From the NCBI GenBank assembly GCA_022511505.1, contig JAFLTK010000343.1, positions 1 to 59,255 on the forward strand: a DNA stretch of 59,255 bases. Direction: 5' to 3'. Both the position numbers and the translations under genes were made by a program. The notes under the pieces are model-generated. The model was not told the origin of the DNA, did no database searches, and saw only the letters and a program-made list of their open reading frames with translations. The stretch comes from Muribaculaceae bacterium (GTDB lineage Bacteria > Bacteroidota > Bacteroidia > Bacteroidales > Muribaculaceae). This document shows positions 24,334 through 33,383 of the stretch, one piece after another (positions within the stretch are counted from its first letter, which is position 1; each line of letters opens with the position of its first letter).

Positions 24334-27300
24334 CAAACTGACACTCCACAATATAGCATCAATTGAAGATGCCACGATAGACTTCTCGGCAGCCCCGCTC
24401 GCCGATAGTGATGTTTTCTTGATTTCGGGCAAAACCGGTGCGGGCAAGACGACGATTCTCGATGCGATCTGTCTTGCGCTGTATGCCAACACGCCTCGTT
24501 TTGCTAACAATCAAATTGACAGCAACAATGTGGATGACGATATAAGGCTCAAGGACCCGCGTCAGATATTGCGCAGAAACACCGGCGAGGGATTTGTAAT
24601 GCTTGAATTTACAGGCAATAACGGGGTGGACTATGAGTCGACATGGGCTATAAGACGTGCTCGCAATAAGCCTACGGGAAACCTCCAGAATTCCTCATGG
24701 TCGCTCAAGCGATTGGACGACAATAGAGTGTTGACACGCGTCAGAGACATTGAAGGCGAGATTGCCGAAGCCATTGGTCTCGACTTTACCCAGTTCTGCC
24801 GCACGTCGATGCTTGCACAGGGCGAGTTTGCCAAGTTCCTCAACAGCAAGGACGATGCAAAAGCCGCTATCCTCGAGCGCATAACCGGCACCAGCATTTA
24901 CTCGCGCATCGGTAGCAAAATCTATGAGATTTGTGCCGAAAAAGAAGCTGCATGGAAAGATGCTCGGCGCCAAATTGAAGGTGTCGCGTTGCTCGATGAG
25001 GAGCAAGTAGACCAAATAAAGGCCGAAATCAAAGCGATGCGCGACGATGTCACGGAGAAAGAGAAAGTGCTCAAGATCAGTCAGCTCAAAATCGAATGGC
25101 TTAAAACACTTGCCATTCTGCAAAAGACACTGACCGACGCCGAGCAGAAAATGCAATCGGCACGGCAAACTGCCGCCGACGAGTCTCTTAAGCAAAAACA
25201 GCGCCTCGAGACCGAATGGAACGCAACGACCGAGGCGCGAGGATGGATTGAAAGCATACACGACCGGGATAAAAAAATAACCGACGCCACGGCGCGACTC
25301 GTCGGACTGAAAACCGACTTTGACCGCTTTTGCGCCGGCAAACTGTTTGAACAGCAGAAGATTGACAATATTTCTCGCCGGCTGGCCGACCTCGGTCAAT
25401 ATTTCGAACGCGAGGAGCCTCGACGCTCCGCTATCGAAAATCGCACTACGATAGAGGTTTATCTCAATTCCCTTGAGTCTGACCTTAAAGCGATTGCCGC
25501 CGAGCAGTCCAATATCAGCAACGGGCAAAAGAAACTTGCCGACCTGAAAACCAAGCAGCAGGAAGCGACCGAGTTTCTTGACAAGGTAAAGGGCGCTGTA
25601 GACAAGCGTGTTAAAGAGATTGAGGTTGCCGAGAAAGCATTGGAGGAAATTGGTCTCGGACGATTGCGTGCCGACAAGGATAAATCATCGGCCGAGATTT
25701 CCAAACTGAACATACTCAAAGTTGAGGTGCAAAACTTTGTCGACCAAGAAAATACACTTTCTCGCGCCGAAGACGACCTCAACCGGCAGCGCCTACAACT
25801 CGACGAGAAGCAGAAGCAACTCGAAGGGCTGAAAAGTACGGTTGAAACGGCCAAGGCCGACGAGGAGCAGAAACGCGCCCTCTTTGAAAGTCAAAAAGAC
25901 ACCGTTCATAAGTTTGCCAAAGACTTGCGCGCTCGTCTCCACGTTGGCGACGATTGCCCGGTGTGCCGCCAGCGCATCGAGCACGCTTTTGTGCCCGAGG
26001 ATGAACTCGACGCCATTATCGCCAACTATCGAGTCGCTTGGGAAGGGGCCGCCGCGCTTTTGAAGCAGAACACCGATAAAGCCAATAAGGCCGAGGCTGA
26101 GGTCAAAACAGCCACAAATCACATCAATCAGCAAGCCGCGATACTTACTAAAAACAAGGATGAACTCAGCGCCAAGCGCGGCAGTCTACTCGCCCGCGTG
26201 GCCGAATTTGGCATTAACGAGTTGATTGTTAAGGTGATAGAAATCATTAATAATATTATAGCTGAACGCGAAAAAGCCGCCGCACAACTCTCGGACGCCA
26301 TCACCGCCGGCGAGGCGCGTGAAAAGGAACTCAGAGGGATGAACGCGGCTCTTGCAACCGAGCAGAATAAACTTGACACTACCAAAGACAACTTGCAAAA
26401 AATCAAAGACTTGATTGCCGGAAGCAATACCGCCATTGAGGTTGCACGCAAAGCCGTTGCCGACCGCACAGCCGAGGTGGAACAGTGTCGCGCAGAACTT
26501 AGCAACCTCGTTGTTGGAACATGGAATGCTGATTGGCGCGAAAACATCCCCGCGTTCAGAAACGAACTTCGAAACGTTGTCAAGCAATTTAACGATAATA
26601 AGGCGCTCTTCGATACTCTTGACAAGCAACTTGCCGAGAGCAAAACCACCTATAACACAGTATTAGCCGACCATAAATCCATGATTGGTCTAATAGCCGA
26701 TTGGGACAGCCCCGTTAATCTAAAGCCGGTTGAAATTAAAAATATCATTGTCTTTGGCAACGAGATAATCCAGGCCCTTTCAGCCGAAACGAGCGCCATC
26801 GCAGTCGCCCGCAAAGAAAAGGATGCGAAAAACGAGGCCGTCGAGAGTTTCCTTGTCCATCATCCCGAGTTTACCCGCGAGCAGTTGGAGAACCTCGCTG
26901 CCACGCCTGCGGCCGATATCAAGGCGATTGCCGAGGAGATTAAGCGGGCAGCAGAGACCCTCGTCAAGGCCGAAACAACATATAACGAGGCTTGCGAGCG
27001 ATTGAAAGAGCACAACGAGCGTAGGCCCGAATTTGCCGAGGATGACACACTGGAGACGCTTGAACAGAATAGCGCCGCCATTGATGCCGAACGTCAAAAC
27101 AGCATCGCCGGCATTGGCGCTCTCACCCGTGATCTTGAAGAAAATCAGAAGAATCAAGCGCGCGTTGCCGACCTCAAAAAAGTAGCCGACGAGCGCAAAG
27201 CCGAGTTTGACCGCTGGGCAATTCTCAACCGATATTTAGGTAGCGCCAAGGGCGACAACTTCCGCAAAATCGCCCAAAGCTTTGTGCTTGAGAGTCTTAT

Positions 27301-27709
27301 CCACTCGGCCAACCACTACATGAAGACCCTCTCGGGCCGCTATCTGCTGAGAAGCACTCCGGGGTCGTTTGTCATCATGGTCGATGATGCCTATCAAGGA
27401 GGCACTAAGCGCGCCTCCTCGACACTGAGCGGCGGCGAGACCTTCCTCGTGTCGCTATCATTGGCCCTCGCGTTAAGCGACATCGGCGACCGCCTTGGCG
27501 TCAACACACTGTTTATTGACGAAGGTTTTGGCTCCCTGAGCGACGAACCGCTTCAGAACGCCATCGACACCTTGCGCACGCTTCACACTCGCACCGGCCG
27601 CCACGTTGGCATTATCAGCCACATCGACGAACTGCGCGAGCGCATCCCCGTCCAAATCCACGTCGACCAAGCCGGCAACTCCTCCCACAGCACCATTAGC
27701 GTCATCTAA
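24323..27709 (+). CDS. sbcC: exonuclease SbcCD, ATPase subunit C (Rad50/SMC-like)
   Basis: 1128 aa. Walker A FLISGKTGAGKTTILDAI, a long coiled coil with the zinc hook CPVCRQ, signature LSGGE, and Walker B LFIDEGFG. It overlaps sbcD by 11 nt. Confidence 0.9.
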   Translation: MKINKLTLHNIASIEDATIDFSAAPLADSDVFLISGKTGAGKTTILDAICLALYANTPRFANNQIDSNNVDDDIRLKDPRQILRRNTGEGFVMLEFTGNNGVDYESTWAIRRARNKPTGNLQNSSWSLKRLDDNRVLTRVRDIEGEIAEAIGLDFTQFCRTSMLAQGEFAKFLNSKDDAKAAILERITGTSIYSRIGSKIYEICAEKEAAWKDARRQIEGVALLDEEQVDQIKAEIKAMRDDVTEKEKVLKISQLKIEWLKTLAILQKTLTDAEQKMQSARQTAADESLKQKQRLETEWNATTEARGWIESIHDRDKKITDATARLVGLKTDFDRFCAGKLFEQQKIDNISRRLADLGQYFEREEPRRSAIENRTTIEVYLNSLESDLKAIAAEQSNISNGQKKLADLKTKQQEATEFLDKVKGAVDKRVKEIEVAEKALEEIGLGRLRADKDKSSAEISKLNILKVEVQNFVDQENTLSRAEDDLNRQRLQLDEKQKQLEGLKSTVETAKADEEQKRALFESQKDTVHKFAKDLRARLHVGDDCPVCRQRIEHAFVPEDELDAIIANYRVAWEGAAALLKQNTDKANKAEAEVKTATNHINQQAAILTKNKDELSAKRGSLLARVAEFGINELIVKVIEIINNIIAEREKAAAQLSDAITAGEAREKELRGMNAALATEQNKLDTTKDNLQKIKDLIAGSNTAIEVARKAVADRTAEVEQCRAELSNLVVGTWNADWRENIPAFRNELRNVVKQFNDNKALFDTLDKQLAESKTTYNTVLADHKSMIGLIADWDSPVNLKPVEIKNIIVFGNEIIQALSAETSAIAVARKEKDAKNEAVESFLVHHPEFTREQLENLAATPAADIKAIAEEIKRAAETLVKAETTYNEACERLKEHNERRPEFAEDDTLETLEQNSAAIDAERQNSIAGIGALTRDLEENQKNQARVADLKKVADERKAEFDRWAILNRYLGSAKGDNFRKIAQSFVLESLIHSANHYMKTLSGRYLLRSTPGSFVIMVDDAYQGGTKRASSTLSGGETFLVSLSLALALSDIGDRLGVNTLFIDEGFGSLSDEPLQNAIDTLRTLHTRTGRHVGIISHIDELRERIPVQIHVDQAGNSSHSTISVI

Positions 27710-27882
27710 TCCACTCAATCGGAAAGTGGAGGGTGTCTCAAGTGGCGTCAATGTCACGGTCTGACTGAAACAGCTGCCGAAATCTACCGTGCCATCGGGC
27801 TACAAGTCAACGCCATTCAGCAAATACAAATTATTACCCGGGTGAAACGGGCGTGGGGTTTGGAGCGGTGGTGGTTTTTTGT

Positions 27883-27890
27883 TATTTTTG
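27883..27890 (+). promoter_or_regulatory. candidate -7 box (TATTTTTG)
   Basis: TAnnTTTG match 16 nt upstream of the ATG at 27906. Confidence 0.3.
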
Positions 27891-27905
27891 CGGCAAAATT
27901 GACCG

Positions 27906-29096
27906 ATGATGAAAAAACAGACTAAAGCGATACATTTTGACTATCAGCAGCGCGACCCCTACGGGGCGCTGTCGATGCCGGTTTACAACGCGCTGGCCTA
28001 CGAGTTTGACAATGCCGACGTGATGGCCGACTCGTTTTGCGGCCGCAACGATCTGCCCGACTATTCGCGCGTGACCAACCCGACGGTTATCTACTTTGAG
28101 CGCAAGGTGCGCGAACTGACGGGTGCGCGAGACGTCATCGCGTTCAACTCGGGCATGGCGGCGATTTGCGCCACGCTGATGGGGATTGCCGGCGCGGGAC
28201 GTCGCATCGTGACATCGACCCACCTCTTTGGCAACACCTATCTGCTGATGGCCAAGACGCTCGGGCGCTTTGGCGTGAAGACCGAGTTTGTCGACCTGCT
28301 CGACCTCGAGGCTGTCGAGCGGGCGCTGGAGGGCGACGATGTCTGCTGTCTGTTCCTCGAGATTATCACCAACCCACAGATGGAAGTGGCCGATATACCG
28401 GCACTTGCCGCGATTGCCCGTCGCCGCGGCGTGCCCGTCGTTGCCGACACGACGATGATACCGTTCCCCGAGTTCAACGCCGGTGCCCTCGGCGTCGATA
28501 TCGAGATTGTGTCGTCGACCAAATATATCTCGGGGGGCGGCGCGGCCCTTGGCGGGCTCGTCATCGACTATGGGACGGTTGATGGCTTTGACACACTGAT
28601 GCGCCGCGAGTTGCTGCTCAACCTTGGCTCATACATGACGCCGCAAGTGGCTTATATGATGAACCTTGGTCTCGAAAACCTCAACGCGCGCTATCGCTTG
28701 CAGAGCGCCAACGCGATGGCCGTCGCCACGCGTCTTGCCGCCGACCCGCGCATCAAGGTGTGTTACCCCGGTTTGCCCGACAATCCGTTCCACGCTATCT
28801 GCCGCGACAGTTTCGGCGGCAGTTTCAGCGCCATGCTGACCTTTGAACTCCCCACCGAGGAGGCCTGCTACCGCTTCATCAACGCCCTGAAGATGGTCAA
28901 GCGCGCCACCAATCTGTTTGACAACCGCACCCTCGCCATCCACCCCGCGAGCACCATCTTTGGCCCGCTGACCGCCGACGAGCGACGCGCCATGGACGTC
29001 AGCGACCGCCTGATACGCCTCTCGGTAGGCCTCGAGGACCCCGACGACGTTGTCGCCGACCTCGACCAAGCCATCACCGCCGCCCTCGCCAACTAA
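27906..29096 (+). CDS. Cys/Met-metabolism PLP-dependent enzyme (O-acetylhomoserine sulfhydrylase / methionine gamma-lyase family)
   Basis: 396 aa. Family hallmarks: YSRVTNPT, FNSGMAAI, SSTKYISGGG (PLP lysine), LFDNRTLAIHPASTI, IRLSVGLED. Confidence 0.8.
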   Translation: MMKKQTKAIHFDYQQRDPYGALSMPVYNALAYEFDNADVMADSFCGRNDLPDYSRVTNPTVIYFERKVRELTGARDVIAFNSGMAAICATLMGIAGAGRRIVTSTHLFGNTYLLMAKTLGRFGVKTEFVDLLDLEAVERALEGDDVCCLFLEIITNPQMEVADIPALAAIARRRGVPVVADTTMIPFPEFNAGALGVDIEIVSSTKYISGGGAALGGLVIDYGTVDGFDTLMRRELLLNLGSYMTPQVAYMMNLGLENLNARYRLQSANAMAVATRLAADPRIKVCYPGLPDNPFHAICRDSFGGSFSAMLTFELPTEEACYRFINALKMVKRATNLFDNRTLAIHPASTIFGPLTADERRAMDVSDRLIRLSVGLEDPDDVVADLDQAITAALAN

Positions 29097-29224
29097 TTCC
29101 CCATTTGTTGCTTATTAAGAGCCGGTTGGTCAATTAATGTTTTCGCACCCCGTTGAGCTAATGTACTGAAATGCAACGCGTGCCGTGAAATGGCACATAT
29201 TTTCTGTAACCATCCGAAATAAAT

Positions 29225-29263
29225 CAGCGCGGCGGCCTCGTGTGGATTGAGGTCGCCGCGCTG
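29225..29263. terminator. GC-rich hairpin between convergent genes (bidirectional terminator candidate)
   Basis: cagcgcggcggcctc / gaggtcgccgcgctg form 15-nt arms with one mismatch and a 9-nt loop. It lies between the stops at 29096 (+) and 29288 (-). Confidence 0.5.
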
Positions 29264-29287
29264 TTGTGTCGTTATCGATGGGGTTGG

Positions 29288-29971
29288 TTATTCCTGACCG
29301 GCTGCGAGTTCGGCACGCTTGAGGTATTTCTCAATGTCAAGGTTGATGCTCGGACCGTAGGCGGGATATTGGTCGATGATTTCCTTGTAGAGCGCTGCCT
29401 CTTTCTTGTAGTCCTTCAGAGCGCGATAGACGGTTGCTTCTTTCATCAAGAACAGGGGGGTGTAGGCGGGGTTATCGCCTGCAGTCTTGGCGGCCTGCGC
29501 AAAGCAGTTGGCTGCTTCCTGATATTTCTCGAGGTTTACAAGACAGTCGCCTTCGAGCGATTTGGCGGCGGCGGCGATGACTTTGTCTTTACCGTCAAAT
29601 TTCTTCACATAGTCGAGAGCCTCCTGATATTTGCCTTCCTTGTAGAGGAGGATAGCAGCGTTGAGGTTGGCGCGGTTGCCGGCGGCATAGCCATAGTCAT
29701 TGGCTACGGTCTGATATTGGGCGAGGGCGATCGAGTCGTTGCCCATCAATGCTTGCATATCGGCCTGACCGATAGCGTCATTTGACGCTGCAATACCCGG
29801 CTGACGGATTGCGTAGACATAGATTAACACGATGGCCACAAGGGCGACTACGATGATTGAAGACCACATCAGCACTTTGCTGTTGTTTTGAATCTTCTGC
29901 CCGATGCCGGTCAACGAGTCATTGAGGTCGTCGATTGACGTGCGAGTTTCTTTGGGGTTTTCTTTTGCCAT
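29288..29971 (-). CDS. membrane-anchored tetratricopeptide-repeat protein
   Basis: 227 aa. One TM helix (VLMWSSIIVVALVAIVLIYVYAI) is followed by TPR-like repeats (GKYQEALDYVKKF, EKYQEAANCFAQA, KDYKKEAALYKEII). Confidence 0.7.
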   Translation of the reverse strand: MAKENPKETRTSIDDLNDSLTGIGQKIQNNSKVLMWSSIIVVALVAIVLIYVYAIRQPGIAASNDAIGQADMQALMGNDSIALAQYQTVANDYGYAAGNRANLNAAILLYKEGKYQEALDYVKKFDGKDKVIAAAAKSLEGDCLVNLEKYQEAANCFAQAAKTAGDNPAYTPLFLMKEATVYRALKDYKKEAALYKEIIDQYPAYGPSINLDIEKYLKRAELAAGQE

Positions 29972-30066
29972 TTTATAGTGTTTTACTTATTTGCAGGGTA
30001 ATAATTTTTTGCGACTGCAAATTTAATAGTATTTCTTTGATTATAAAAATTTTTTACACCAAATTA

Positions 30067-31131
30067 TTAATAGAACTTGGTGATACCCATAATCTGGCGT
30101 ACTTCGGCGAGGGTTTTGGCGGCACGTTCGCGAGCTTTCTCGGCGCCCGCTTTGACAACGCGCGAAATGAAGGCGTCGTCGTTGCGTATATCGAGGTAAC
30201 GCTCGCGGATTGGAGTTGTTACCTTCAGGATATCCTCGGCGAGTTGTTTTTTCATGTCGCCGTAGCGAATTGAGCAGTCGGCGTATGCGTTGCGATAGTG
30301 TTCAACGACCTCGGGCGCTGATGTTAACTCCATCAGTGTCAGTAGGTTCTGAACGGGTTGCGAGATAGGCTGATTGGGCTCGGCGGGGCCTTGGTCGGTC
30401 ACGGCGCGCATCACTTTCTTGCGCAGTGTTTTCTCGTCGTCGACAAGGTATATACAGTTGCCCTCGCTCTTGCCCATTTTGCCTGAGCCGTCGAGTCCGG
30501 GGACCTTGACGGCGTGGTCGCCGAAATTGAAGTTGGTGGGCTCGGGGAACAGGTCGACGCCATAGAACGAGTTGAAGCGGCGCGCAAAACGGCGAGTCAG
30601 CTCGAGGTGCTGTTCCTGGTCCTTGCCGACGGGGACCTTGTTGGCCTTCTGAATAAGGATGTCGACCGCCATCAGCGTCGGGTAGGTCAGCAGGCCGGCG
30701 TTAACGCGCTTGTTGGAGTCGGTGCCAATGATTTGGCGCTCGATATCGTCGTCGTCCTTGGTTGCGTCGGTCTTGATGCCGAGTTGCTTGCGGGCCTTGT
30801 CTTTGAACGAAGCCGTGCGCATCAACTCGCCGATGCCCACGTGCATATTCAGCAGCAGGTAGAGTTCGGGGATTTCGGGCACGTCGCTCTGAACAAATAT
30901 CGTGGCTTTCTCGGGGTCGATGCCGCTTGCCAGATACTCGGCAAGAATATCTTTAACGTTGGAATGTAGCAACTTAGGGTCGGGATGAGTGGTCAGAGCG
31001 TGGAGGTCGGCAATGAAAAACAGGCAGTCATAGTCTTCCTGCATCTTGACAAACTTGCTCAAGGCGCCATAGTAGTTACCCAGGTGGAGGTTACCGGTTG
31101 AGCGTATTCCGCTGACAACAACTTCTTTCAT
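30067..31131 (-). CDS. trpS: tryptophan--tRNA ligase
   Basis: 354 aa. Class I HIGH-type motif GNLHLGNY and a KMSKS-type motif KMGKS. Overall TrpS layout. Confidence 0.95.
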   Translation of the reverse strand: MKEVVVSGIRSTGNLHLGNYYGALSKFVKMQEDYDCLFFIADLHALTTHPDPKLLHSNVKDILAEYLASGIDPEKATIFVQSDVPEIPELYLLLNMHVGIGELMRTASFKDKARKQLGIKTDATKDDDDIERQIIGTDSNKRVNAGLLTYPTLMAVDILIQKANKVPVGKDQEQHLELTRRFARRFNSFYGVDLFPEPTNFNFGDHAVKVPGLDGSGKMGKSEGNCIYLVDDEKTLRKKVMRAVTDQGPAEPNQPISQPVQNLLTLMELTSAPEVVEHYRNAYADCSIRYGDMKKQLAEDILKVTTPIRERYLDIRNDDAFISRVVKAGAEKARERAAKTLAEVRQIMGITKFY

Positions 31132-31206
31132 ATTTTTCTAAACTTATAAACTAATAACCTAATAAACTTCAACTTGAGCATGTTCAAATTGAGGTTTTTG
31201 AAAGCG

Positions 31207-31214
31207 CAAAGGTA
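31207..31214 (-). promoter_or_regulatory. candidate -7 box (TACCTTTG) for trpS
   Basis: TAnnTTTG match on the minus strand, 76 nt upstream of the trpS ATG. The 16-mer ttgctacctttgcgct recurs at 54401-54416. Confidence 0.4.
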
Positions 31215-31293
31215 GCAATAATTTTCGGCGCGACAATAACGCGAGCCATCCAATTAACCTTATGTCATCAAAAAATCATTCCACCGTCTTGTC

Positions 31294-31326
31294 GATAAGA
31301 CAAAAAGCATGCAATTTTGTCTTATC
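31294..31326. promoter_or_regulatory. perfect 12-bp inverted repeat gataagacaaaa-N9-ttttgtcttatc (operator candidate)
   Basis: Direct reading: arms at 31294-31305 and 31315-31326. A further GACAAAA half-site is at 31332-31338. It lies in the divergent trpS/nadE intergenic region, about 45 nt upstream of the nadE -7 box. Confidence 0.45.
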
Positions 31327-31371
31327 CGCAGGACAAAATCGAGGGGTTGGTGATTTATAGGGATTTTTGAT

Positions 31372-31379
31372 TAATTTTG
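31372..31379 (+). promoter_or_regulatory. candidate -7 box (TAATTTTG) for nadE
   Basis: TAnnTTTG match 28 nt upstream of the ATG at 31407. Confidence 0.4.
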
Positions 31380-31406
31380 TAGCCTAAAACAATCAATATC
31401 ATTGAT

Positions 31407-33353
31407 ATGAAGAATGGATTTGCACGCATAGCGGCGGTGTCGTCTTCGGTCAACGTGGCCGATGTGGACTTTAACGTCGCTCGAATTATAGAAAGCATGA
31501 CCCGCTTGGCGGCCGAGGAGGTCGACTTGTCTGTGTTCCCCGAGATGTCGCTGACGGGTTACACATGTGGCGACCTTTTCTTATCGACGCCGCTTGTCGA
31601 GGCTGCCGCCGGCGCGTTGAAGCAGGTCGCCGAGGCGTCCGGTCAATTGGGTGTTGACGTCATCGTCGGGCTACCCGTGCGCCTTGACGGGACGCTGTAT
31701 AATTGCGCCGCCATCGTGCGCGGTTGCCAAGTAGACCTCATTCCAAAGACCTATATACCAAACTATAGCGAGTTTTATGAGTGCCGCTGGTGGCACTCGA
31801 CACCGCGCCCCGCCGCTCCGGTCGATATTGCCATTTGCCCGGGTTTGCAAGCTGTTTTCCACTCGCGGCCTACAGTCGTTGAGTGTCGCGGTCTTAAAGT
31901 CGGCGTCGAAATTTGCGAGGACCTCTGGACACCGATGCCGCCGTCGTCGCGCCTCGCCATGGCGGGAGCAACCGTCATCGCCAACCTCTCGGCCTCTGAC
32001 GACCTTATCGGCAAATATCATTATCTGACATCGTTGATTTCCCAGCAGTCGGCGCGTTGCCTTGCGGCCTACGTCTATGCAGGAGCCGGTTTTGGCGAGT
32101 CGTCGACCGATCTGGTGTTTGACGGCAAAGCCATCATCGCCGAGAATGGCCGCATCATCGACAGCGCACCCCGCTGGACCGATGGGCCCAAGACGGTCAT
32201 CGCCGATGTCGACATCGCCGCCCTTGAGGCCGACCGACGTCGCATCACCACCTTTGCCGACTGTGCCCGTCGCGAAGTCGACCCCTTGGCCATCGACATC
32301 TGCCCAGACGAGCGTCAACTTCGCGAACAGACCAACCCGCTGAAATACCGACAGATAGACCCGCGTCCGTTTGTCCCGGCCGACGATGCCGCCATCAACG
32401 AGCGGTGCGCCGAGATTACCGGCATACAGATTGCGGGCCTCGCGCGCCGACTCAGTTTCATCAACTGCCGCTCTCTCGTTGTCGGCATATCGGGCGGACT
32501 GGACTCTACTCTCGCCCTGCTCGTGGCCGTCGCTGCCTTTGACCGACTCGGCTTTGACCGCAAAGGGATTACCGGCGTCACTATGCCCGGCTTTGGGACA
32601 ACCGACCGCACCCATTCCAACGCCGTCACCCTCATGGAGACACTCGGCGTCTCCATCAGAGAAATTTCTATCGCGCCCGCTGTCACTCAGCACTTTAGCG
32701 ATATAGGCCACGACCCGGCGGTCCACGACGTCACCTATGAGAACTCCCAAGCGCGCTATCGCACGATGCTGCTCATGGACCTCGCCAACCGCCTCAACGG
32801 CATTGTCCTCGGCACCGGCGACCTCTCGGAACTCGCCCTCGGATGGGCCACCTACAACGGTGACCATATATCGATGTATGGCGTCAACGCCGGCGTTCCC
32901 AAAACGCTCGTACGCTACCTCGTGCGCCACTTTGCCCTCAGCGCCACCGACCCGCGCCTCGTCGCCACTCTGACCGACATTATCGACACCCCCATCAGCC
33001 CCGAACTCATCCCGCCCGAGCCCGACGGCACAATCAAGCAAAAGACCGAAGACCTTGTTGGCCCCTACGAACTCCACGACTTCTTCCTCTACTACCTCCT
33101 GCGTTATGGCTTCGCCCCTCGCCGCGTCTTTGAAATGGCTGTCAAAGCGTTTGACGGCGTCCACGACCGCGCCACCATTCTTCATTGGATGAAAACTTTC
33201 TACCGCCGTTTCTTCGCCCAACAGTTCAAGCGCTCCTGCATGCCTGACGGCCCCAAGGTAGGCAGCGTCTGCCTCTCGCCCCGCGGCGACTGGCGCATGC
33301 CCTCCGACGCCTCATCCGCCCTCTGGCTCCGCGACCTCGCCACCCTCGAGTAG
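31407..33353 (+). CDS. nadE: glutamine-dependent NAD+ synthetase
   Basis: 648 aa. An N-terminal CN-hydrolase (nitrilase-like) domain (VEICEDLW) is followed by a C-terminal NAD synthetase domain with the PP-loop VVGISGGLDST. Confidence 0.9.
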   Translation: MKNGFARIAAVSSSVNVADVDFNVARIIESMTRLAAEEVDLSVFPEMSLTGYTCGDLFLSTPLVEAAAGALKQVAEASGQLGVDVIVGLPVRLDGTLYNCAAIVRGCQVDLIPKTYIPNYSEFYECRWWHSTPRPAAPVDIAICPGLQAVFHSRPTVVECRGLKVGVEICEDLWTPMPPSSRLAMAGATVIANLSASDDLIGKYHYLTSLISQQSARCLAAYVYAGAGFGESSTDLVFDGKAIIAENGRIIDSAPRWTDGPKTVIADVDIAALEADRRRITTFADCARREVDPLAIDICPDERQLREQTNPLKYRQIDPRPFVPADDAAINERCAEITGIQIAGLARRLSFINCRSLVVGISGGLDSTLALLVAVAAFDRLGFDRKGITGVTMPGFGTTDRTHSNAVTLMETLGVSIREISIAPAVTQHFSDIGHDPAVHDVTYENSQARYRTMLLMDLANRLNGIVLGTGDLSELALGWATYNGDHISMYGVNAGVPKTLVRYLVRHFALSATDPRLVATLTDIIDTPISPELIPPEPDGTIKQKTEDLVGPYELHDFFLYYLLRYGFAPRRVFEMAVKAFDGVHDRATILHWMKTFYRRFFAQQFKRSCMPDGPKVGSVCLSPRGDWRMPSDASSALWLRDLATLE

Positions 33354-33383
33354 CCATCCACATATAAAGACTAACAGCTCATT

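Noticed and set aside
23167-27709. SbcCD as a novel defence-type ATPase-nuclease pair
   Set aside because: The motifs, sizes, 11-nt overlap and host-like composition fit the housekeeping SbcCD hairpin nuclease. Nothing distinguishes it from the canonical system.
27710-27905. SAM or other riboswitch upstream of the MetY-like gene
   Set aside because: I could not find the conserved SAM-I core (…GAGGGA…GCCC…GCAACC… arrangement) or a convincing terminator/antiterminator pair. Only a -7 box close to the ATG is present. A covariance-model scan would be needed to exclude it fully.
31671-33221. 516-aa minus-strand ORF
   Set aside because: It is antisense to nadE, whose CN-hydrolase and PP-loop motifs are unambiguous. 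This is a shadow ORF of a GC-rich coding region.
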